DNA from: Octopus bimaculoides
Taxonomy: Eukaryota
DNA: 50,590 nucleotides
Direction of reading: 5' to 3'
Assembly: GCF_001194135.2 (NCBI RefSeq)
Contig: NC_068987.1
Coordinates: 59,735,429-59,786,018, forward strand
Below, in pieces: positions 11,285 through 22,229 of this stretch. A program made the translations under genes and the position numbers. The notes below the pieces were generated by a model that was given only the letters and a program-made list of their open reading frames with translations, was not told the DNA's origin and did not search any database. The first letter of the stretch is position 1. Each line of letters opens with the position of its first letter.

Positions 11285-11765
11285 GAAAGAAAGTCGTAAA
11301 TGTGGTTGAGTTAACGGGTCCTCATGAAGATAACATGGACGTCGCTCGGACCTGAAAGATTAACTGTTATGTAAAGCTCCTCGAGGAATGTGAAGACGCA
11401 AGCTGGAAAGCGGAGCGTTTTCCAATCGAAGTCGGATATAGAGGATTCGTTGGAGACAGTATGAGGCGACCGTTGTTATCGTTAGGCGTAGCTAATCGTA
11501 GCGCAAATACTACCATGAGCAATATCCAGGCTACAGTGGAAAAGGCAGGCTACTGGACTGGGTTAAAAAGAGACGATGAGCAATGGCTAGGCGAATATTG
11601 AGATAAATCTGATAACCAGTTGATCTAGCAAACGGGGCCCTCATTTCAGTGAGGGTGGGGCAGGAGTGAAACGATGACGTCGAGAGGTAGGCCCCGAAAC
11701 GGCGCGTATTCTCTCCTGATGACCCCATAAGCTTGCTAGTATCCGGTACGCGGAGCTTTTAGCTA
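11285..11765 (+). mobile_element. Second, divergent HERO-like RLE 3' end
   Basis: VVELTGPHEDNMDVART*KINCYVKLLEECEDASWKAERFPIEVGYRGFVG...WTGLKRDDEQW*, followed by a GC-rich structured 3' UTR. Confidence 0.85.
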
Positions 11766-11842
11766 GTAACACTTGCATCTGCAAGTTGTTTGCAAAACGT
11801 ATATATTGAGTTCACTTCCATTGCGTGATATTTTGAACAAAG

Positions 11843-12130
11843 TGTCTTCTATAATAGCCTCGGACCGACCGAAGCCTCGTGTGTGTACTTGGTAGACGGA
11901 AACTGAAAGAAGCTCGTGACATATGTGTGTGTGTATCTGTGTGTGTCTTTGTGTCTGTGTTAGTACTCCACCATAGTTTGACAACCGGTGTTGGTGTATT
12001 TATGTCTCTGTAATTTAGTTGTTCGGCAAAAGAGATCGATAAAATAAGTACGACGCCTAAAACACCTTAAGGTGATGACACAACAAAGCAGCGATCAAAT
12101 GACTGAAACAAGTAAAACATTAAAGAAATA
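11843..12130 (+). mobile_element. SINE family A, 5'-truncated and diverged
   Basis: GTAGACGGAAACTGAAAGAAG, internal TG tract, GTTCGGCAAAAGAGA and CAAATGACTGAAACAAGTAAAA blocks. Confidence 0.85.
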
Positions 12131-12384
12131 ACGATAAAAGATATATATGCACTTACACAGAAACGCACATTCTTCTTCACCGATTCTGCGTGTGACCCTC
12201 AGGGTGAATCTGCTCATTTGTGAATCAACCAATTGATCAAGTTGCTCACTAAATTAGCGTAGCTAAGTATTCCACAGAAAGGCATAATTTTAAAATAATT
12301 CTCAGTTCGAATCAACAAAGCACAAGTGTCTCAAGGTCGAATCTCTGAATTACGGATGTAGATCCATTTGCAGAGGCTCTGCAC

Positions 12385-12528
12385 GGTTTCTGCCTATCCA
12401 AATCCATCCAGACGGTTTCGGTTGAGGCAACTGTAGATATACCTACTTAAGATGGTACAGATTTGGATCGAACAAGGGACTTCAATGGTTACGAAGCGAA
12501 CTTCTTAAATACACAGCCAAGCCCGTAC
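12385..12528 (-). mobile_element. SINE family A head, diverged
   Basis: Reverse complement of the GGCTGTGT head and GGATTTGG blocks. Confidence 0.6.
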
Positions 12529-12530
12529 CC

Positions 12531-12561
<31 letters not shown>

Positions 12562-12799
12562 TGTATGTATGTATGTATGTATGTATGCAAGCATGCATGC
12601 ATGTATGTATGTATGTATGTATGTATGCCTGCATGTATGTACGTACATATGTATATATATGTGAATGTATGTAAAAATGCAAAATTTGTGTGAGAGTATC
12701 TATCTATCTATGTTAATACATACATGAGCACATCCACATATGCCTAATACATTTATAAATATATAAATGCATACGTATACATTTTTATACATACATGCA

Positions 12800-12832
<33 letters not shown>

Positions 12833-13549
12833 CATTGCATACGTGCATACATTAGACATTTAATTACACATATATATGTACATATATTTTCCTGATAATA
12901 TTTATTTGAATAAAAATTGTAATAATTTGCTTTTCAATTAACTTGCAATTTCTAACATTAATCATAAAGATAGAAAAGATGTAAATAGAAATAAGAATGA
13001 TTTAATTTCTAAAATGAATAAACGCAAAAGCATTTCTCTATATCTAAAATTGACTTTGATTTTCAATTTCCTTATTTTGACAATTTGAAGTACCAACTAT
13101 TTATGACAGCAGATTTTCTGTCTGAATCCTGTTTAGAGGAAAGCTGATAAATTGATTTGCAACAAATGTTTTTAAGTGGCTCTAAACTTCCACTACAATC
13201 TCTGAGCTAAATTATTAGATTTCTAATGACAAAATATAAAGCTGAAAACCTTCCAGTTGATAAACGCACATCCTTAGAGTGTAATTACTTTCTATGTACG
13301 ATACAAGATGAAAATATAATTTTGCATGAAATCAAATATAAATGCTGTTGTATTTTGCGCCCGGTAACATTATTACACACTGTGGTTATGGGATGCACGT
13401 TCAAATATCCCAAAGCCTTTATTTGCAAGTAAGTGAACATCATCAAATGAACGTTAAATAACCGATTTTCCAGATATCTGCTACAGACTTCAGCAATGAC
13501 GAAACTATTAGCAGGGACAAGAATAAGAACGGCAATAATATTGGTTTTA

Positions 13550-13746
13550 AACCTTGGCACAAGGCCAGCAATTTCGTGGTAGGGAGCTTGTCGATTACAT
13601 CAACTCTTATGTTCAACTGGTGTTTATTTTATCGAATCAGAGAGACAAAGCCACAGCCGACCTCGGCAGAATTTGACCTCAGATCGGAAGAAATGCCACT
13701 AAGCATTTTGTCCGGCATGCTAACAATTCCGTCATCTCACTGCATT
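13550..13746 (-). mobile_element. SINE family B (tail type 3)
   Basis: Reverse complement of the family B head, central block and AATTGCTGGCCTTGTGCC tail. Confidence 0.8.
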
Positions 13747-14195
13747 TAATAATTGTAACAAATTTTCACACAAGGTCAGCAATTTTAGAACGTGGCAGTT
13801 AGTTGCTATTGTAACGAGTCAGGAAAGATCGATTTTTCCGTCGTGGCATAATTCAGTTGTGCTGTTGAAGAATCCAGCCAGTCAGGGCTGGAGGCGTATG
13901 AATACAAACGACAGTGATCCGCCTTAGCAGCGAAGCGGTAGTTTCAAATTAGTTGTTGGAAAGACGGCCTTGAAGTAAGATCTCTTCTTTTAACATGCCT
14001 CAGTTTTTGTGTTCACCACCAACTTCACGCAAGTCACATGAATGATATCAGTTATAAGTCTACCTCAAACGAGCAGTACATTCTTGTTCTTATTAACTTA
14101 AAACAGCTTCTACATAATCCTTCTGTGTAAAAAGCAAGTTATAAGATTGTTCCTGTCTCGCATACACATGTTGATGATTCGCATACTAAAATAAC

Positions 14196-15208
14196 GTCAA
14201 CCCCAGTGCACACTTGGTATTTATATTATCGCCACATGAGGATTAAAGGCAAAGTCGATCTCGGCAGAATTTGAACTCAGAACCTAAAAACGGACGAAAT
14301 ACAGCTAAGCTTCTCCCCGGCACGCTAGCAATTCTGTCAGTTTGCTGAGTTTACAATAATTCTTTCTATAATAGGCACAAAACCTGAAATTTAAGGAAAT
14401 GAGATAGTCCATTATATAGGCCTCAGTGAAGAAATGGTACTTTATTTTATCCACACCTAAGGGAGGAACGACAATGTAAAGCTCGGTGTTATTTGAACTT
14501 AGACCGCAAAGCGCCAGAAGAAATCCTGCTACGCATTGCGGTTGGCGTACAAAGATTCTAATAGTTTACCGCCTTAACAACAACAACAACAATATTTCTT
14601 TCTACTATGAGCACAAAGCTTGAAATTTGGTGATAGGAGTAAGTCAATTACATCGACTCCAGTGCTCAACTAATGCTTATTTAATGGATCCCGAAAGACA
14701 AAGACGACTTCCACGAAATTTGAACGTAAAGACGGACTAAATGCTGCTAAACATTTTGTCCGACGTGCTAACGATTCTTTCTACTATAGGCACAAGGCCT
14801 GAAATTCTGGGGGAGGGGTCTAGTCGATTACATCGACTCCAGTGTTTCGCTGGTACTTATTTTACCGAACCCGAAAGGATGAAAGGCAAAGTCGACATCG
14901 GTGAAATTTGAACTCAGAACGTAGCGACGGGCGAAATACCTTTAAGCATCTCATCCAGCGTACTAACGACTCTGCCAGCTCACCGACTTAATTGATTTTT
15001 TAAATTTTGGCACAAGGCCAGCAATTTAGCAGGAGGGGTAAGTCGATTACATCGACCCCAGTTCTCAATTGACACTTATTCCATCGACTCCGAAAGGATG
15101 AAAGGCAATGTCAACCTCGGTCGAATTTGAACTCAGAATGTAGAGACGGACGAAATAACAATAAGCATGTTGCCGGTTGTGCTCACGATTCTGCCAGCTC
15201 TCCGCCTT
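14196..15208 (-). mobile_element. Head-to-tail chain of five family B SINEs
   Basis: Copies at about 14196-14352, 14361-14575, 14595-14778, 14779-14989 and 15003-15208. Each has the AATTTGAACTCAGAAC B-box region; AAT/AAC spacers separate some of them. Confidence 0.9.
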
Positions 15209-15851
15209 TACAACAACAACAACAACGACAATAATAATCCGTTATACTATTGTGTTTCTCGAGGCAGAGGTACGTTATTTTTCTTTTCGCACAAATCTTT
15301 GAAATAACTTGGAAGGTTATCTCTTGTTCGGAAAAATGTTTCATATCAATGGTTTTTCAATTTGAAAATAAAAACAAACAAAACAAAGCAAAATTCAATC
15401 TATCGTTTTTTTTTTTGTGTATTTACACCAAAAGCCAATACGTTTATGTTTACTGTTGTTGCTATTGTTTTTGCTGATGACTAGATTTCTACTGGTTGAA
15501 TCAAAATAACTGTAGTTTCTGTTCGTAAACTTCAATAGTATTTTGCGTAGCACTTAAATTATCATTTTGACTTTTCTTTTCTGCGTATGAAATGCATTAT
15601 TTTGTACATTTCCAGGCTCCTTTAGATGAGGGATGAAATATTCATGGACATATCGAAAAGATAAAATTTTGTTTCAAAAGATACGCAAAACTTGTTTTTA
15701 TTGTTTTATTGACTTTTATCTTTTAATGGGAAATTCAAAAATGTAAGAAGTTATCTTGGTAAAAACTCTATTTCACTTAGTAAATCCTTGTTTCCGACTG
15801 ACACTCGTGCTTTTACTTAGTTATCAGTGAATAATAATAATAATAATAATC

Positions 15852-15886
<35 letters not shown>

Positions 15887-15891
15887 TATAA

Positions 15892-16211
15892 TGATGCTTA
15901 GGCTGACAACAAGGTATGCGATAAAGAAGAAAGAAAATTCGAGAGATATGAAAGGTTAGCTTGGGAAGTTAAGCAGTTGTGGTCGATGAAAAAGGTAGCT
16001 GTAGTACCAATAATTGTCGGAGTCCTGGGAACAGTGAGCAAAAATCTCGAGAAGTACGTGGAACAAATAAGGGCTGCAATAAGAGTGGAGCACTTGCAGA
16101 AAACAACACTGCTTGGAACCGCTCGAATACTCGAAAAATAAGAGGTGGTTAAAATGGTAGTGAACAGCTGACACTGTAGTACATCTCCAACGTTAGAAGC
16201 TGTCCAAAGGC
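15892..16211 (+). mobile_element. Dong/R4-clade RLE LINE, short 5'-truncated 3' end within (AAT)n
   Basis: Open frame 15902-16141: ADNKVCDKEERKFERYERLAWEVKQLWSMKKVAVVPIIVGVLGTVSKNL...LQKTTLLGTARILEK*. (AAT)n on both sides. Confidence 0.88.
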
Positions 16212-16244
16212 AATAATAATAATTATGATAATGATAATAATAAT

Positions 16245-16590
16245 CCTTTATACTATAGGCACAAGACCTGAATCTTTTGGGGAGGGGGCCAGTCGATTAA
16301 ATCGACCCCATTACGCAACTGATACTTAATTTATCGACCCCGAAAAGATGAAAGACAAAGTCGACCTCGACGGAATTTGAACTCAGAACATAGCGACAGG
16401 TGAAATACCGCTAACCATTTCATCCAGCGTGCTAACGATTCTGCCAGCTCGCGGCTTTAATAATAATCCTTGCTACTATAGGCACAAGGCACGAAATTTG
16501 GGGGAGGTGGATAGTCGATTTCGTCAACTCCAGTGTGTAACTGATACTTATTTTATCGACTCCGAAAAGATGAAAGGCAAAGTCGACCTT
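16245..16590 (-). mobile_element. Two tandem family B SINEs (16245-16458 complete; 16468-16590 head-truncated by a CATA satellite)
   Basis: Match to other family B copies; type 2 tail CCTATAGTA...GGATTATT. Confidence 0.9.
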
Positions 16591-16982
16591 TACATAGATA
16601 CATGCATACTTTCATACGTACATGCATGCATACATTTGTACGTTTGTACGTACGTACATACACACATACATACAAGCAAATATACATACATACATAATAC
16701 ATACATACATACATACATAATACATACATACATACATACATACTTTCATACGTACATGCATGCATACATTTGTACGTACATACATACACACATACATACA
16801 AGCAAACATACATACATACATACATGATACATACATACATACATACATACATACATAATACATACATACATACTTTCATACGTACATNNNNNNNNNNTAC
16901 ATACATACATGCATACATACACTAGTACGTACATGCGTACGCACGTACATACATACATACATACATACATACATACATACAT
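16591..16982. repeat. Compound (CATA)n satellite with a higher-order unit of about 130-134 bp
   Basis: CATACTTTCATACGTACAT recurs at 16605, 16739 and 16869. Confidence 0.85.
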
Positions 16983-18508
16983 AGAAATACTCGGTTTCAC
17001 AGAGAAAGAAAGCTGAGGTGGATTCTCTAAATCCAATCTATTAGTGGCACAGTAAAGATTTGTAAGACATTCCCCAAATACTCCATCTGAGATTCTTATG
17101 TGAGCAGATGCAATCCGTTAGGTGTATGCATCGACAGTTCAACCAACACACCAACTAAACGTATTTACAACTGGCTTGAACTCTCCCAAGAACTTAAATA
17201 AAACTCAAAGAAAAGTCACACATACATACACAGGCTAACACACTTATATATATCTACATAAACACACGGAGACAGACAAACTTTGTAGCCTCTATTGCAC
17301 GATATCTTAAAGACACTACAGTATCATTAATTGCTTTCGATAACTTCATACTGGAGTTCGCAGTTGTGCTTACCTCATCTGCGCATCACAAACAATAAGG
17401 TTTTGACAATGATAAATTCATACTCTAATTACGAATCCATAAACTTAACTCTGTACTATGAAACTTTCTCTACCAGACGACATCATGTAGTACCATCTAA
17501 TTTTCTCCTCCTTGAATAATTCCCATCTACTGTGTTGTTTGTTGCGTGTTGCCTTGATATAACGTCTATCATATCTCGTATCATCAATTAATTCATTAAG
17601 CAATTATTATTAATCATTAAGCAAATGTTTAACTTTATAATTACGTTAACTAACAATTTATTCAAATAACTGTTTACTGAAACTATCTACTTAGCTATTT
17701 AATTGAATATTTATTTGTTTAGCTAGTTAATTATGCTTTGAATCTTCAATTTAAACGATAATATATGAAATCAAGATATAAATAATTTTCAAATACAAAA
17801 CTGTAATGATTCTCTCAAGATTATTTGCGTTGATCAAACACTTCCCATGACATCTTATTTTTATTCTATTCCGTATTAAAACTATATCTATTTATTTCAT
17901 ATGCTAATTTATTTCTGGTCCGCTCAGTGTTAGTTATATCTGTTTGATGGTCATCTGATTGTTTCCCTTGACCCAGTGCATTAAAGGATGTTTTTTTTTG
18001 TTGCTTAATCTCACTTTACACGTTAAAAGCTGGAGGGCTTATTTAACCAAGCAATGTGAGCCTTCATTGCAATGTTGTATTTGTTTTCTATAATTACCGT
18101 CTGAAGAAACTTTTTCGAATGCAGAAATCCACGTGCAGCGATTTATAGGTTCAGCCAAATAAAATAATTATACACAACTTATATCAAATATTTCTTACTC
18201 CGTTCATTGCTACCGATTTATTATACACAGGCGCGTGTGCATATACGTTTATATACGCACACATATATGCATATGTGTGCATCTATGTATATACGAGCAA
18301 TATTACGATTATGCAAGCATATGTGCACAACATGAAAATATATGTGCGCTGTATGTGTGTGTATGTACACAGACATAAATATACCGATGATGCACTATAA
18401 AATATAGCTATAGAATTTTAAACAGACATTATGTTCCCATATATGTATATAGTGCGTTTATTTATACACGCACATATGCACACACATAAGTATATATANN
18501 NNNNNNNN

Positions 18509-18572
<64 letters not shown>

Positions 18573-19194
18573 CGTGCGTGCGCGCGCGCCCTGTTAATTT
18601 TTCTCTGTAAATGTGATGTCTATTATAATAAATTGATTAACCTATGCTATTGTCTACGAAGTTTCTGGCAGAAACAAGACTAAAACATTTTTTATGTGCT
18701 TATGCATTTTTCTTATTTTCTTTATTGCTTTACTAGAGGAGGAAAGGGACTTTTTCAGGTTCTCTGGCTCAGGAGATTACCCTTCGATCAACTAGAAACC
18801 TAGCCCAAATTCTTACAACGGTGTGGGCCCCGTAAAATACACTCAAGATCGACGTAGTGGTGTCAAACAGGGCTATAGATTAAGGCTACCAGGATGAGGA
18901 ATTTACCATTCTTGCAGAGCTCCACACAGCTTTCATGAAGCTTGTTAAGTTTACCTCCACAGATTTTCTATAGAAATTATAGCCAATACTGATTATGCTA
19001 CAGCGTTTCGTATCCGTGATGCCAGATATAAACAAACAATGAGATCGCAGATGCAAAATGGGTAATGGGTGTGTATGACACGTTTCAGGAGTTTTTGCTC
19101 TCTCATCATCATCATCCAACCCATTAATCATTAATCACTAACTCATTGTTTAAATAGCCACTAAATATAGGGGGTTAACATTATTCATGAAGCA

Positions 19195-19315
19195 TATTTC
19201 GCACGAAAGCCTTTGGTCGAGAACACACTTGTTTAAGATGCCGTACTGTGGGAATGGACGGGAAACCATGTAGTTAAGAAACGAACTGCTACTTGCATAG
19301 TCATACCTTTGCCAG
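19195..19315 (-). mobile_element. SINE family A head, diverged
   Basis: ACACTTG...AAGATGCC...GTGGGA...AACCATGT resembles the reverse complement of the family A head. Confidence 0.6.
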
Positions 19316-19539
19316 TATAACTGATTAAAAATTGCTAGTGAAATATTTCAACAGCTCGGCCATTTATGCATTTCACACGTTGAAGGAATTACATGTTTTT
19401 TTTTTAAACTACTTTATTTCATTTCGGAGATGTACTTCTCAGGTAAGTGATTTGATATGAGACCGTGTGTTAAAACTAAAGCAATTACAGCGTGGAAGAC
19501 ACATACAAGCCAAAAGCCATCCTAAAACACACTAAATTT

Positions 19540-19722
19540 TTCTTTCTATTATAGGCATAAGGCTCGAAACTTTATGGGGGATGCCAGTCAAGCACTGATC
19601 CCAGTGTTGATTGATACTTATTTCATCGAACCTAAATGGATGAAGGGCAAATTTGGGCGAAATTCTAACTGAGAAAGTAAAAACGGGTGAAATGCTGTTA
19701 AACATTTTGTATGGATTGCTAA
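19540..19722 (-). mobile_element. SINE family B, diverged
   Basis: TTTCTATTATAGGCATAAGG tail plus central block on the reverse strand. Confidence 0.75.
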
Positions 19723-19949
19723 AGAAACCCACCAAATTTTATGTGAAGTTAACACTGTTTTTGAATGGCCATTATGTCTTCAGCGCTGTAACTTTTACTT
19801 ATTTTGTTATAAACTTTCTACATTGACTAAGCATATTTACATCGCACCCACTCTTTCTAATCTATGCATTCTCAGTAATGCTTAACCCTTAAGTTGAAAC
19901 ATACTCTTTCTTCTTTTATCCTTCCTTCCTTCCTTCCTTCCTTCCTTTC

Positions 19950-20086
19950 CCAGTTATCGAATGATATATATTCGAAAGGATGAGAGGCAAAGTCACCTCA
20001 GCGAAATTTGGACTCAACGTAAAGACAGACGAAATGCTGCTAAGCATTTTCCCAGCGTGCTAACGATTCTGTCAGTTCGTCGCCTT
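19950..20086 (-). mobile_element. SINE family B, head and central block
   Basis: GAAAGGATGAGAGGCAAAGTC...GCTAACGATTCTGTCAGTTCGTCGCCTT. Confidence 0.8.
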
Positions 20087-21140
20087 TCTCAGCTTAAATG
20101 TTAAACCCAGCTTAAACATTAGATTCCTCTCGTTTCTACACCATAGAAACTTATCCAATCTCAGGAATGTCACTCTATACAATGAAACATACACACAGTT
20201 ACACACAATTCTCTATTTCTTATTGTTGTTTAGTCCCAAGTCACGTGCAGTTGAGTAAATTTATGATAATAGACATTTTATTTCTGACAACCTACTCTAT
20301 ATTTCCCAGACATTGTGCAACATTATCCGATACGTTCTTCCTTTTTAAGATAAAAGGTCGTGATTTTGAGAAAAAATGGCTGCTATTTTAGCACACCGAA
20401 TGACCATTTAAAGTCTCTTCAGTTCATTTTTTTTCTTGCTTTTCTTTGACTTCACTTTATTAATATAAAATTATGCTCATATTTCTAAAAATATTTTCTT
20501 GTAGGTTTTTTAAACGTTAGAATTCCCCTTGATTTTTGACTTCTTTATCGATAAATCAAGCAGAAATGGCAATTTTATGATCAATTAGATTTATATTGTC
20601 TGTTAGTTGCTCAATTATAGGTTGTAAATTATTAATGGCTGTCAGAAATCGTTGATGCATCTTTCTAACATCTCTTTATAATAAAGGCAACGTAATATAT
20701 TCTTCCCTTTACATTTTAGTTATCAGTGTATGCAAAAATCTTATGTTGTGCAACTTTTTCCTATAACAAACCTAAGTACGCACTAAATGTATAATTATAT
20801 ATTAGTACATTATTTTTTTTTAAGCAGCTAACGTGTGCACGGATTAATTTCGTTTGTGAGCTGTTATAAATGGCTTCGTAGCGCCCACGCGCAGTGCTGG
20901 CAATTGTGTTAACGATAGAATGAATTTTAAATCAATATACGAACTTGAAACAACATTGGATTAAAATAATGATGTGCATAAAATTTATAAGGTATATACA
21001 AAAGTAGAGCGGCCCCAGTTGTAATACGACAACTAGCGTTGCTCTATAATTATAGAAGTAAGCAGTTAAAGTAACGTTAAGTTGCATAGCGGATGCGAAC
21101 CAACCGTCAAGGATTTTGGATGTGCATCGAGTCAATAGCC

Positions 21141-21359
21141 ATAATCCTTTCTACTGTAGGCATAAAAAAAGGAAATTGTGAGGAGGGGGATACTCAACGA
21201 CATCGACCCCAGTACTTGACTGGTACTTAATTTATCGATCCCGAAAGGATGAAAGATAAAGTCAGCCTCAGTAAAATTTGAACTCAGAACGTAAAGACGG
21301 ACGAAATACCGCTAAGCATCTTCCTCGGCGTGCTAACGATTCTGCCAGCACGCCGCCTT
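21141..21359 (-). mobile_element. SINE family B (tail type 2), full length
   Basis: Complete head, centre and tail; TSD-like TAGCCA(A)TAAT on both sides. Confidence 0.9.
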
Positions 21360-21468
21360 GTAGCCAATAATAACAATGATTTCTAGCATAGCCACAAAAC
21401 CAAAAACAGAGGAGGTTAAGTTAGATTCCAGTGCTTGAATGGTGATTTATTTTATTGATGTCGAGAGT

Positions 21469-21519
<51 letters not shown>

Positions 21520-21903
21520 AGAGAGAAAGAGAGAGAGGGAGAGAGAGAGAGAGAGAGAAACAGTGGACCTTACTGGGATTTTAACCCAGAACGTGAAAGG
21601 ACATAACAATATCAGAAATAATTACTTCCGCCAATAAAGATTATTATTTATTCTTTTAGAACAGAGGGTCTCGAAGCAGATGATTATAAATATGAGTTAT
21701 AGATATGAGTGAAAATATTGGCTTAAAATACNNNNNNNNNNNNNNNNNNNNNNNNNNNNNNNNNNNNNNNNNNNNNNNNNNNNNNNNNNNNNNNNNNNNN
21801 NNNNNNNNNNNNNNNNNNNNNNNNNNNNNNNNNNNNNNNNNNNNNNNNNNNNNNNNNNNNNNNNNNNNNNNNNTGTGTGTGTGTGTGTGTGTGTGTGCGT
21901 GTG

Positions 21904-21945
<42 letters not shown>

Positions 21946-22229
21946 AACAATGTTATTTCTAAATCTCTCAACGAGAGATATTCAGTAACAGTACTCTAAA
22001 ATAAAGATCATTTCCCAACATAATGTGACGGTCCCGGTTGGGACGAATGTTACTGTTATTTAGCCTCAAGGAAACATCGTCTCTAGCTGGTCATATGACA
22101 CACTATCTATGTCCTTATATTTTCAAACAGGGGAGTTTAGAAATCCCCACTCAACACAAAGCAAACTCTGTGGACCATGGTTTCTGGGTTATTTCTCTTC
22201 CTCGGCACAGAATAACTGCTCGGCTAGAG

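Noticed and set aside
13428-13472. GTAAGT...TTTTCCAG 45-nt intron with flanking ORFs 13226-13432 and 13285-13560
   Set aside because: Very short intron, no recognisable product, and the minus ORF starts inside a SINE tail.
13810-13995. TGT...ACA-bounded segment resembling a solo LTR
   Set aside because: No matching target-site duplication, no second copy and no PBS or PPT seen.
15616-15636. Strong plus-strand acceptor followed by APLDEG*
   Set aside because: All frames close within 7 codons and no supporting upstream exon could be linked.
14196-16590. Regularly recurring conserved blocks resembling a CRISPR-like array
   Set aside because: The blocks are parts of about 200-bp SINE copies with Pol III boxes; there are no constant short repeats with unique spacers and no cas genes.
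18257-18280. GCACACATAT/ATATGTGTGC inverted repeat
   Set aside because: Expected by-product of adjacent CA and TG microsatellite.
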